This document shows positions 42,080 to 52,849 of a stretch of DNA of 64,000 bases, in pieces. This stretch comes from Lingula anatina (Eukaryota; Animalia; Brachiopoda): NCBI GenBank assembly GCA_051362555.1, contig CM120644.1:4472954-4536953 (forward strand), in the 5' to 3' direction. The translations under genes and the position numbers were made by a program. The stretch's first letter is position 1. Each line of letters starts with the position of its first letter. A model generated the notes under the pieces. It did no database searches and was not told where the DNA came from. It saw only the letters and a program-made list of their open reading frames with translations.

Positions 42080-42778
42080 AGGCCCAGTCACAATGTCGGC
42101 GATCTGTCGGGGATTAGTTTTGGCCGGGGGTCGTCGTAGAAAATAAAGAATCCTTGAACAATCCTAGCAATAATCCTAATAAAAGTGGAGCAGTCACATT
42201 GTCTGAGATTTTTCCAAGGGTTTTGACCAGGTTTTGTCGAAAAATCGTGGGATTAGCCTCCGATCGCCTCCGATTGCATCGGAGGCGATCGAAGACGATA
42301 TCTGCGAGCGTCTTTTCTTGTAATTTTTTCCCCCTGGGTATATGTGGGGGAAAAGGAGAGGATCACATAAAGCGTACGAATCGACGCAGGGCGCCTCCGA
42401 TGCAGTCGGAGGGCGCCGGAGACTACTCGCAGACATTGAATCTCAACCTGATTTTCCAATCCCACACAGAATATTGCGACTAGTCTCAGATTATTCGGAG
42501 GACGCCTCCGATTAATCGGAGGGCATCGTAGGTCATCGGAGATTGTGTCTGGGATGCCCAAAATGGGTGAAAAATCTTGCGAGCAATCTTAAAATTTTAA
42601 GTTCAAAGTTGGGGACCGCGACGGGTGTGGCGATGTCTAAAAAATCTGCGACAACCCGCAGGCGTCCGGAGAGCGCCTCCGACGGGTGCAAAATCGTGAG
42701 ATCTGTCTCAAGATTTTGTTCAAATTTCCTGGGTTTTACCCATCCCCTACGCATCGCAACTGATTTGTGACTGGGCCT
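42080..42778. mobile_element. Non-autonomous PIF/Harbinger element
   Basis: Perfect TIR AGGCCCAGTCACAA with a TAA duplication on each side, and internal GCCTCCGA..TCGGAGG palindromes. Confidence 0.85.
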
Positions 42779-42848
42779 TAAATAAATATAGATAGATAGA
42801 TATGCTGGAGGGGGGGGGGGGGGGTATTTAATCAAAAAGCAACAAATT

Positions 42849-42921
42849 CGCCCAATGTGGGGCTCGAACCCACGACCCTGGGATTAAGAGTCCCATGCTC
42901 TACCGACTGAGCTAACCGGGC
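42849..42921 (-). tRNA. trnK-CTT: tRNA-Lys (CTT)
   Basis: Reverse complement GCCCGGTTAGCTCAGTCGGTAGAGCATGGGACTCTTAATCCCAGGGTCGTGGGTTCGAGCCCCACATTGGGCG: 73 nt, full cloverleaf, A and B boxes, TTTTT terminator about 10 nt downstream. Confidence 0.97.
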
Positions 42922-45900
42922 TGTGCACGCCATCCCAAACTAGTCCTTTCCAGCGTCATGGGGCAGTATCTTTTGATTCGGTATTTTTTAATTAAATATA
43001 GGTATTGCAGACCACATCAAATGGCATCTTTTTCTTACAGCATACCTTAGCAGTATACAGCTCTGCATAATTAAAAAGGTCACCTTGCTTCTGACATTTA
43101 ACGACATAATTATAATGGTCAAGAACATTACTCAAAAAAGGATAAGTGCCATTGTTTCGTAGAAGTCGGTGAGAGGTACTTTTATGTCACCGTTGTCTGT
43201 TAACTTTGGTTAACCAAGGACAAAAGCATGATCTAGCTACTTCCTTGGTCAAACTAAGTAAAGTCATCATGGGGTGATTTTATCTTGAGAGAAGATCAGA
43301 TGATAACATCAAAGAAAACATAACAGGGACCGGTTTCACAATACAAGTAGACCTATAAACCGAAAATAACCTGCTAGACTGTACATGTACATGTACATGT
43401 AGTAAATTTGGTCTATTTCAGTACACGGTTAATCAATGCATAATGCATATATCACAGACCAGATCCTAATCTAGTTCAGTAGGGTCTATGCATTGTTAAA
43501 GCCATTATGAGCATGTTTATTGGCCAAGTAATTTACAGATGAGCTGCCAGTTTGTTTGCATGTCGGGTGTAATCATTTTGAATTGTAGATGTTATACGAG
43601 GTACATCAAGGTATCTCATATTAAACTTAGAAATGAAACTTAGTTTAAAAACATCTGATGGTGCTTTTTTAAGACTGTTGCATAAATAATAAAAGAAAAA
43701 GCATTTGTATCGATTAAAACACATAGTAAAGGAATATTTGATAAAAGCTGCAGATTTTAGGAAAAAGTCTGCCCATTTATATTTTGTATGGTTTTTGGAA
43801 AATCTCTGCAATTTCTTAAGAATGTGTGAAATGTAAATAAGGTGTGAATTGTCTGCTTCCCAATACTTTAACTTTGTACATGTAATATTTGCAGGCACAT
43901 TTATTGAGTAATCATTGTGAAGTGGCCAACATCAGTTTTGTAGAATTATTTTTTTGATATTATTTGAAACAAAAATGTATAATTCCATAATAATGTTAAA
44001 TTACGTATAGCATGATACTTATCAAATCCAGATCCTACAATTTTCAAAATGCATTATGTCCTATCAAAAGCCCTTATATCAATGTTCCGCACTGGCGTAG
44101 GGTTAAAAGATGTACATCAAGTGAAAAAAAATACTGAGTTAAATATTTTCACTTGCATAAAATCCACTTTTCTGTAATTAAATGACCAGTATACTCTTGA
44201 GAAATGGACATGTTTTCCTAAAATGTATAAAAATTGATAACTTTCCTTGCCACACCTTTAATAAAATTAATCTTCCTTTACTAAATATTTTAATCAATCT
44301 AAATGCTCTTTCTTTAAATGTTTATTCAATTATCTTTAAAAAGTATCATCATCAGATGTTTTTTTACAAACCACATAAAATGAATACGACAAAATTTCAA
44401 TTGCCAGACCTGATATACGTTGATCTACATGTATGATATCATGTTTTAATTAAACACGACATACAAACAAACTAACAGCTCGTCTGCAAATTACTTGGTC
44501 AATTATGGCATTGGCTCATTATGGTTTTAACAATGTAAAGACCCCCCTGATATCTGGCTTTGTCCAATTAGTAACTGGACTCGACTGCTGGGATCTGGTC
44601 TGCCACATATCGACATGAAACATAATTATTAAGCTAGCTATATCTCTCCTGCTATAAAAAGAAGCTGAATGCTTCATTTATTTGGCCTAGTTCCGCTAAA
44701 TCCGGAGTCAAAATATCAGATTTTGGAGTAAAAGTTTAGAATTATTTTCAGACTATAACTGTTTTGTGATCACAGAACCAGGGCCACGCTGCATGTACGC
44801 CCATTACAGGCAAGTCTGTTGAGATGTTCTGAAGATTTAATATTTGCATTGTTACCTATCATTTAACAACATGGGTACTACATTGTAGAATTTAACATAT
44901 AAAACCAGCACTAGTGACGCTGCCTTTCTTTGCTAACAGTTAATTTTAATGGTGTAAATGCATGGTAAAACTGTTTAGAGGAGCTCTTATCAACGCAGCG
45001 AGAGTACATTTTACAGACCTGACGCAGTGATTTTATTGATAGAAATGCATTCGTTATTGCACTAAGTACACGTGTATTTGGCTTTATTATATCACAGTTG
45101 CCCTAGCAAAAACCTGCCCTGCACAATTTGGAAACAATTCGTTTTGAAAAATAACATCCCTCGGGGAAGCGAGTTATGTACACAATTTTGTCCCTTTAAA
45201 CGAGTCGCCTTAACAAAACACCCGGCGTGTAAATACCGACTTTCATTATTGGTGACAAATAAAGTCACCATACACGTAATAATTACTTTACCAGTCCAAC
45301 ACTGCCCGGTAAATACAATGTATTACGACAGATATAGTGACCGAATGCCGTCATTTTTGTCATTTTGACGTCGATGAGAAAATGCAGCTTTGTGTGGCAC
45401 CACAGTTTAAATTATGTTACAGGAAGCAAAATGTTCAATAACGAACTAGCTATTTCGAGTCAGCTATTTAAGAACTTTTTTCAAGAAATTGATTCATACA
45501 TCTTTCATAAATGCTTGGAATTTTAACATTGATAAATAAGCTTTTGTGAATATTATTTAAAGGTGCACTATCTACGTCCCAAAAACTTTTTTATGTCTAG
45601 CAGTGGTCAGTACATAAGACACAAAGTGCTTATAAAACGATAAAACCCTTTAATGCCGACCGGTGTGACGTAACAGAGAGTCTGCTTCCCATTCATTTGT
45701 ACAGGTCAGCCTCTCCCTAGATTTTGAGCCACTTAGGTCGGGCGAGCCCCAACCTTTATTATTAAATGGTGGGCAGACATTCTGTCACACGGACCTTCAG
45801 TTTCGTTACACCTGTAAGGAATATTAAACCATAAAACTGCAGAAGAAATGGTATCCCACTGGGTGGATGGGTCGAGTAAAGAAATTCTTATCTTCAACCT

Positions 45901-45953
45901 GTTTTCGGTTTGGCAGGAAAATACTTTAAAAATGTGGAAAAATGATACTTAAT

Positions 45954-46026
45954 CGCCCAATGTGGGGCTCGAACCCACGACCCTGGGATTAAGAGTCCCA
46001 TGCTCTACCGACTGAGCTAACCGGGC
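45954..46026 (-). tRNA. trnK-CTT: tRNA-Lys (CTT), second identical copy
   Basis: Same 73-nt sequence as 42849-42921 with unrelated flanks, and a TTTTT terminator just downstream. Confidence 0.97.
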
Positions 46027-46457
46027 TTCATACAGGTGAGAAAAGCAATCAGTCTACACAGGTGTGTTTATGATTGACCTCAATAACAAACAAAGCAAGC
46101 ACGGAGCACATTTAGATAAGCAGAGAACGCCCTTAACTACCCGGTAGCCGTACTTCTTGAGAACCCAGGTGCAGGATAGTGTCAATTTGGTCAGTTATCA
46201 CACGTGAGTAAGAAGATAGGTGTGATATTCAACAAAAAAAATCCATCACCGTTAAACCTTAATGCTTGTACACAGCTTAAAGGCACTCTATTTACTGTGT
46301 ATTAACCCGCCAAAATGAATTTTCCTTGATCAAAAAAGGGTCTTCTACTAAAGAGCCATTGCTCGTCCAGTTTATTTGGATTCGATGTTTTATTCATTAT
46401 TAATTGCATAATTCATTTCTAAATGACTGGACAGTTATTTTGAAGGCCAGTCATTTA

Positions 46458-46672
46458 GGCTCTGTTCTCACAACTTTTAGATCGATCTATCACCGCGGGG
46501 AGTCTCACTAGATTACTGTCAGATAATCCCCCTTAAGTGTCCGTCCCCGCCTACTACAAGCTTTAAGGGGTAATTAACTTTCGTGTGCGCCCGGCTGACA
46601 GCTATTTAGCGTGAACCCCCAGGGAGTTAGGTCGATCCAATGTAGGTCGATCTAATCTATGAGAATGGGGTG
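46458..46672 (+). mobile_element. Tourist-like MITE family, copy A
   Basis: TTA on both sides and imperfect TIRs with TAGATCGATCTA motifs. The core GGGGAGTCTCACTAGATTAC...GCGTGAACCCCCAGGGAGTTAGGTCG recurs elsewhere in the window. Confidence 0.8.
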
Positions 46673-47025
46673 TTAGAGCGCCGTGTCTTCCTGCACATCA
46701 CAAGGGAACTATATCATACATGTATATCAGGCGCTTTTATTTGTCTGGTTGTATATATTTAAGATCTGAATTGGAAAAGATACTTTATAAGTAACCCTGT
46801 GGTGTATGAAGATAAAGAAAACATGACTTTGAGAAATTTTCTAAAGCGTACAGTATACCAAAGAAATAATTCCCTGTTCAAACTAATTAAAACGATAGAA
46901 GAGGGAGGGTGAGTTTGATTGCTGTAAAACATCTTTTATTCAAACTGAGTTGCGTGTTATCCACCAATAGCCCACGGGTTGTTTGTTTGCAGATCTCCCT
47001 CTCTTTTGACAAACTCATACACACA

Positions 47026-47084
<59 letters not shown>

Positions 47085-47085
47085 A
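47026..47085. repeat. (AAAT)n microsatellite
   Basis: Read directly from the sequence. Confidence 0.95.
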
Positions 47086-47661
47086 ACGATATTTGCTAGT
47101 TTTAAGAATCACTATTTCTACTACAAAATTTTACAAAAGATGCAGGATTAAGGTAGATGAAAGAAAAGCAAAGTTTCTACCTTAAAGCTTACACTTTCAA
47201 TAGAAAAATTTCGCTTCGTTCTTTCTTCCCTTTTTATATTAAGGCTCGTATTAGGCTTGGTGTATAGTCAGTGCCCTTGCTTGACGTGGAATCAAACGGC
47301 TTTACCAAAGATTTAATTCTGGGGCAGAAGGAGTCTTTAGATTGTGATTTATACGGTACGTTTGCTACGGTGTATATTTATACACATGGTGTCAATATGG
47401 GGGGTGAACGGTCACAGTGGTCTATAGTCCGAGGGCATCACACCGTCCACGATGAAAAGGGGTAGAAAAACAACAGGGACGCGTTGGTCAACACGGCTAT
47501 TGTGCCGGTCACTTAATGACATGCTAGATGTATGTTTTCATTCACGTTGTGTAGAGTGCAAGGATCCTTACTCGTTGTCGATTATAAATGTGTGTGACAT
47601 TTGTCCGTTTTGAGCTCACGTGTCCACGGGTGCGTTTGGACGGAGACCACGGTCAGTTTAA

Positions 47662-47875
47662 CACCCCATTTCCATAGATTAGATCGACCTACTTTAGACC
47701 GACCTAACTCCCTGGGGGTTCACGCTAAACAGCTGTCAGCCGGGCGGACACGAAAGTTAATTATCCCCTTACAGTAGTAGTAGGCGGGACGGACATTTAA
47801 GTCGAATTATCTGAAAGTAATCTAGTGAGACTCCCCGCGGGGATAGATCGATCTAAAATCTATGCGAATAGAGCC
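47662..47875 (-). mobile_element. Tourist-like MITE family, copy B (inverted relative to A)
   Basis: Full-length reverse-complement match to 46458-46672, with TAA on both sides. Confidence 0.8.
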
Positions 47876-49220
47876 TAAGTCTAAAACGTGTTTTGGACAG
47901 TTAAACTGATTATGGGATTACCGCCGATTTTCAAAACGAAGCCGAGGATAAATCGGTGAAAATGAAACCCCGTGACAGTGGTCCTACAAACTACTGCTTG
48001 ACTCCTGGTTCTTCATATACTGAATGGTGAAATTGTCCGTCCATTGATTAGTCTACACCTGTACCTCTCTGGGATGTGATATGGGGGAAGGATGGGTTGG
48101 GAATAACCCGAAATTTTCATAAAATTTGCTTTTCTAATGCGTTTTTATAGGCAATTACGTTATTTACTTAAGTATAAGTCTATAAAGTATATGATTCAAA
48201 TCTCGCTGGATATATTGGCTATAGATGAAAACTGTCGAGAGCGCATTTATTATCATATGGAGAATTCTCTTAGTGCAATAAAATTGGACCCCAGACATAT
48301 TGGACTAAAAACATGGAAGTTGACCAATTGTTTCTTTTGTGTTATGCTTGTTTGAAAAAGATGTATTGAAAAATGTACTTTGCATTGTAAAAAGTTAAAT
48401 TTTTAAGAAATAAGGGGACAGTTCCTCTCTCCTCTTTCATTCTCTCTCTCTCTCCCCCCCCCCTCTCTCTCTCTCTCTCTTTCTGAAAGGAAATACAGGG
48501 TAAACCCGGAATCTTCCTGTATCTTCATGTTTCTGTTTTCTCAAAGTGTCCAAATGATTACCTCAAGACAGGGAATGGCGATCTATAACTAGACTGAAAA
48601 AGGCAATTTCCATCATTATTAAACTCCCGCTTTCTTAACTTCAAAAAGGGGTCAAATGATGATCAACGCTAATCACCAAGGCAGGAAATGGCTAACTAGA
48701 TTCATTAGGCAATTTCTATCATTATAACCCCGATATAACTCAGCTATGTTTTAAAAATAACTTGTGTTTATTATCTCTAATGTCATTGTGCCCTCCACAG
48801 AGCCACAAATTGGTCCTATTTTAGATATTCCCTGGTATGACTCTGGCTAATTCATGACATAAACCACCACATAGGAGAAAAGTGTACATAATTAATCTGC
48901 AGCCCTGGTAAAAGGTAGGGTCATTAGACAAATTTAGGTTTATCATCATAATTGGGCACTGCACGTGTACACACGCTGCACGTGTATAGGCTCGCCTCTA
49001 TATACACACGACCAATAAAGTTGGGAAACATGATTTTTTTTAATAATTAAAAAAATATGTAATGTGGCGGGAGAATCTTCAGTGTCTATAAGAAGTAATA
49101 AATAGTGGGTGCATTATCTTTCAATATTTGGTTGAAATATTTACCTAAGTTCACATATGGTTACTTAATAATTATTCAAAACGATATTGCCTAAATTTTT
49201 ATGCAAGTGTATAGACCGAC

Positions 49221-49223
<3 letters not shown>

Positions 49224-49273
<50 letters not shown>

Positions 49274-49277
49274 CGCG
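49224..49277. repeat. (TG)n(CG)n alternating purine-pyrimidine tract
   Basis: Read directly from the sequence. Confidence 0.95.
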
Positions 49278-50091
49278 AGCGAGGACAAAGCGTGATTTTG
49301 CTTCTCCGCCTGCAAAGTCACACAGAATACAGTCAGCCTCTCAAGGAATGTCCCTTATACTTCAGTTCACTGAGCAACTGATCTCAAATGACAGTCAAGG
49401 TAAAGCAAATAATCCTATAAAAGTAAGACGAACAAGTCTCTTCACGTTATTCAGTGGAAGCGGAAAATTGGGAGAAAATCTGTTTCAACAGTTCGTAATC
49501 TTACACCACGTCTGGAAGATTTGCCGTGTAACCCGCAGATAATAGAAGTGTCACGCAGCGTTAGAATTGGTGGGTTTGAATAAAAAGAGATGTTCGCCCG
49601 TTTTTGGGGACTACTGTGCCATCGGCCTGTGTGCTTACCCCAAAAAGAACAGCCGAGGTCTCAGAGACGGCAGTGCAGGGAGGTGCCTCGAACCACACAA
49701 GACGCAAGGTCACGGAGAATTACGTATCTTTCTGTAATTCACCGTAAAGGAATAAAAGAGCTCTTTTTTTTCTTCAGTCCTTTTTTCTTTCAAGATTAAT
49801 GTGGCTCTTCCGCCCTTTTAAATTTTTATCTCTCTTGGAAAAAATATTAAAACGACAAAGCTACGTCCGCAAATAGAATTAGAAAAGATCAGATTTAAGA
49901 CTTATAGATATTCATATATTTATATATTAGATATTTACCACAACAGAAATACATGTACATGTATATCAGATGTGTTTTTCAGTATTTGCTTTCGCAAACA
50001 TTTTTTGAAAGTCAGATTCGCACTACATGCATATTTGAGATAAATACACCGACATAAGACTTTCTAAGGGGAAAAGTTAACGTATCGTTAC

Positions 50092-50275
50092 CTTTTAATT
50101 CTTCTCGTTCTTTACGAACAGGTGCCTTGGCGGCCGATTCTCTCTCCCGTCCCCTCCTGCCCGCTTCTGTCTCAACCAGCAAGGAGCACAGCAGCGTCAG
50201 GAGCAACAGGGACACTACGTAAGACGATCTTCTCTGTCCCGTCTTCTTTGCAGTAACCCCAGTTTTACCAAACAT
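50092..50275 (-). CDS. Unassigned secreted cysteine-rich peptide precursor, exon 1 (signal peptide and basic pro-region)
   Basis: MFGKTGVTAKKTGQRRSSYVVSLLLLTLLCSLLVETEA|GRRGRERESAAKAPVRKEREELK has a basic n-region, a Leu-rich h-region and a T-E-A cleavage site. Phase-1 donor AAG|GTAACG. Confidence 0.7.
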
Positions 50276-50573
50276 TGTGTCGTTCTTCAATCCAAAGAAG
50301 TTCGCCGCTTTTACAGAGCCTACCTTAACGTGTTTGTTAGCGTTTTCACTCCAGTGGGTAAATCACTGGTCTTTAACGGTCACGTCTTTCTTGCTCGTTC
50401 ACCGATAGTGATAATCAATAAGCCTTAAACTTACTGACCGTGCTGGATTGCAGATAAAGTTAAAGCCCCGTGCCTAAGTTCTTTTCTCTTAGTGTCACTT
50501 TCCCTCGTTCACAGCGGAAAAGTTAATCGCGCGTGTGGTTGGTGCCGTGGGCGCGGTAGCTACGTCGTCCGTT

Positions 50574-50581
50574 CTTTTATC
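50574..50581 (-). promoter_or_regulatory. TATA-like box (GATAAAAG) upstream of the secreted peptide gene
   Basis: Followed on the minus strand by a CpG-rich stretch and about 270 nt of plausible 5' UTR before ATG 50275. Confidence 0.35.
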
Positions 50582-51420
50582 CCTCTCTTTCTCACTCCCT
50601 CTGACTCTATTCCTCTCCCTGGAGCTGGATCTAAGTGAAAACGTTATGGGGAGGTGGGTAAGAAGTCCCGTGCACAGGGGACCTCGTATTATGGTGCGCT
50701 ATTATGGGAGGCAAGCAACTTATTTGTCACCTCGTGTGTGCTCAGGTGGGGATCGGTCGCCTCCTCAAGCGCATAACAAAGAGAGAGGGGTACAGGGGGC
50801 ATCTCACTACAAAGCCAAAAATACCGCTCTATGGTACGTATATAGCGTAAAAATGCTGCTATTTGGCAATTATAAAGGCATAAGACGCTGTTGTAATATC
50901 ATACACCTACAACAGGAGAAAAACTATAGCGGGGATGTGGCGGTGGTGATGATATTGTGCAGTTGCTAGCTTCTCTACCGCATTTTATATCAAATCACAG
51001 CCTGTGATTTCCCTGCCAGACCAGGGGCGTAACCAGACCTTTTAAAATTGTACCCACAGAATTTTAAAATTCCCAGGTATAGCTAAATGTAGATCGACTT
51101 ACGCAAAAGATGAAGGGCAGTTTAAATTATATGTGCCAAATATAATAGCTTAGTTTTCACCGTTTATAAAATCATTACTTTAAGTTTAAAATATTCCCTC
51201 AATATAATTAAGTTCCAGAAAATTATTTCCCCCAGAACCAACGCTTTTTCCGGGATTGGGGAACAGGCCATACATAATTGCCATCTGTATCTTACTTCAA
51301 AATTTCAGGGCCTCAAACTTTTCCAAAAGCCGTGAGCGGGGGTGGGGGTGGGGTAAAAATTAATGGAATCTTTTTTTAATAATAAATTTCATTGGGAAAG
51401 TGGGTTAAAAATAATTGATA

Positions 51421-51757
51421 CCGATCTCCCGTCACGCTCTTCCACGAAAGAACGCCCTTGTATGAATATAAAAATTGCCTTCTCGTCTCACTCGGATCGC
51501 GAACGATCTCTGGCTGATGATCTTCTGCGAACGAAGTCCATTGAACGAATGAGAAAATTGCTTTCTCTTTTCGCTCAGATCATGCTCGATATCCTGCTGA
51601 AGATACGAAAATTGGCTTCTCATCTCGCTGCGGTCGGTAACTATCTCTTGTTCCCGATCCTCGGTTAACGAAGTCTCTTGAACAAATATGAAAATTGCCT
51701 TCTCGTCTCTTTCGGATTGCGAACAATCTCTCGCCGAAGATATAAAAATTGCCTTTG
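51421..51757. repeat. Diverged minisatellite with alternating 83/54-nt units
   Basis: The core AAAATTGCCTTCTCGTCTC (with variants) starts at 51471, 51554, 51608, 51691 and 51745. Confidence 0.8.
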
Positions 51758-52391
51758 TTATGTATTAGCTTTGTCAGGTGCCATACGTATAAAGAACCGA
51801 AAGGTGTCCCCTTTCATAATTTGGCGGCAAGTTAGGTCATATTTCATTTAGGGCCTACACGTGTTTTGTACCGAATGTAGATCATTCTTGTCACTTCTGC
51901 ATTATATATTTTAAAGTCAATGGAAACATTTTATTGTGTTTTGTAAGCTTTAGGTAGTAGTTACGTCGTGACTGAAAAACAGCGTGCACTACAAAGTAGT
52001 ATAATATTCATACGTCAAATTACTGCAATGGATTTTCATACGACGTCCACAGCTGCCCCGACAAGTCAAGACTTTTTTAATCGTAAGCCATCCAGCCTTC
52101 TAAATTTGAAAACATAGGCCGTCCAGTGATGACAGCGGCCGTTCAATTGGCAGCTGGAGGGCTCGCTGAAAAAAGCCTTGCTTAGAATGGTATATTTATT
52201 GAACTAGGGGCTTACTGACACAAACTTTGAAAACATATGCAAATTGTGCCCGCTTGTATCAAGCTAAATTCTAAATAACGGTGAGGCACCTTTGTTCGAT
52301 GTGGTTTGTTGCGGTTATCCCGAGTTGTCAGAAAATAATCTTAAGAACAGTTGATCGTTGTAGGATTCTTACACCTTCTTGCTATCTATGG

Positions 52392-52849
52392 CAGGGCCGT
52401 AGCCTCTGGGGGGCAGGGGGCAGCTGCCCCCCCCCCCCCCCTGGAAATTGGGGTGCAAAAAAATGATCGCAAAGGTAAAAAAAATAATTGCAAAGTTTGT
52501 ATCAATTCTGTGAGAAAAGGCACTCATGGCCACTAGACAATCATTCAACAATCTGTTTACAAAGGTGTACTGTTTTTAGCCAACTCAGTTTATGCCAAAA
52601 AGCTCACCCTCTGTGTTGTGTGAAAAAAATGACTGTGCTTATGGCAAAATGAACCCACAATTTCTGACTTCTGATTGACTAATAAATAACATTTAAAATG
52701 CACCAGAATGCAGTATTATACATACAGTTTTTTAAAAATTTCCACACCGTGGGAGGGGGGCACCCCCTCCCCCCTAGGGGGCTTCGCCCCCTCGTGTCCG
52801 CTTACTGCCCCCCCCCCCCCCCTGGCATTTTGCTCAGGCTACGGCCCTG
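52392..52849. mobile_element. CAG-ended non-autonomous element with an apparent 5-bp TSD (hAT5-like)
   Basis: TIR CAGGGCCGTAGCCT, G/C-run subterminal palindromes; flanks TATGG / CATGG. Confidence 0.78.

Noticed and set aside
43533-43898. 121-aa minus-strand ORF, and the many other 60-160 aa ORFs in the track
   Set aside because: They have AT-rich or microsatellite-driven composition, mostly non-ATG starts and no domain or splice support.
45557-46190. Kolobok-like end (TTAA-AGGTGCACTATC) that might carry the second tRNA
   Set aside because: The only candidate right end (GATAGTGTCAATT at about 46175) is a poor match with no TTAA, so capture cannot be supported.
49640-49731. Possible extra minus-strand exon of the peptide gene (CAG| ... 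|GTAAGC)
   Set aside because: It has an in-frame TGA in the phase required by exon 1 and a weak polypyrimidine tract.
51421-51757. CRISPR-like repeat-spacer pattern
   Set aside because: The intervening segments are homologous to each other, the repeats are degenerate, there are no cas genes and the context is eukaryotic.
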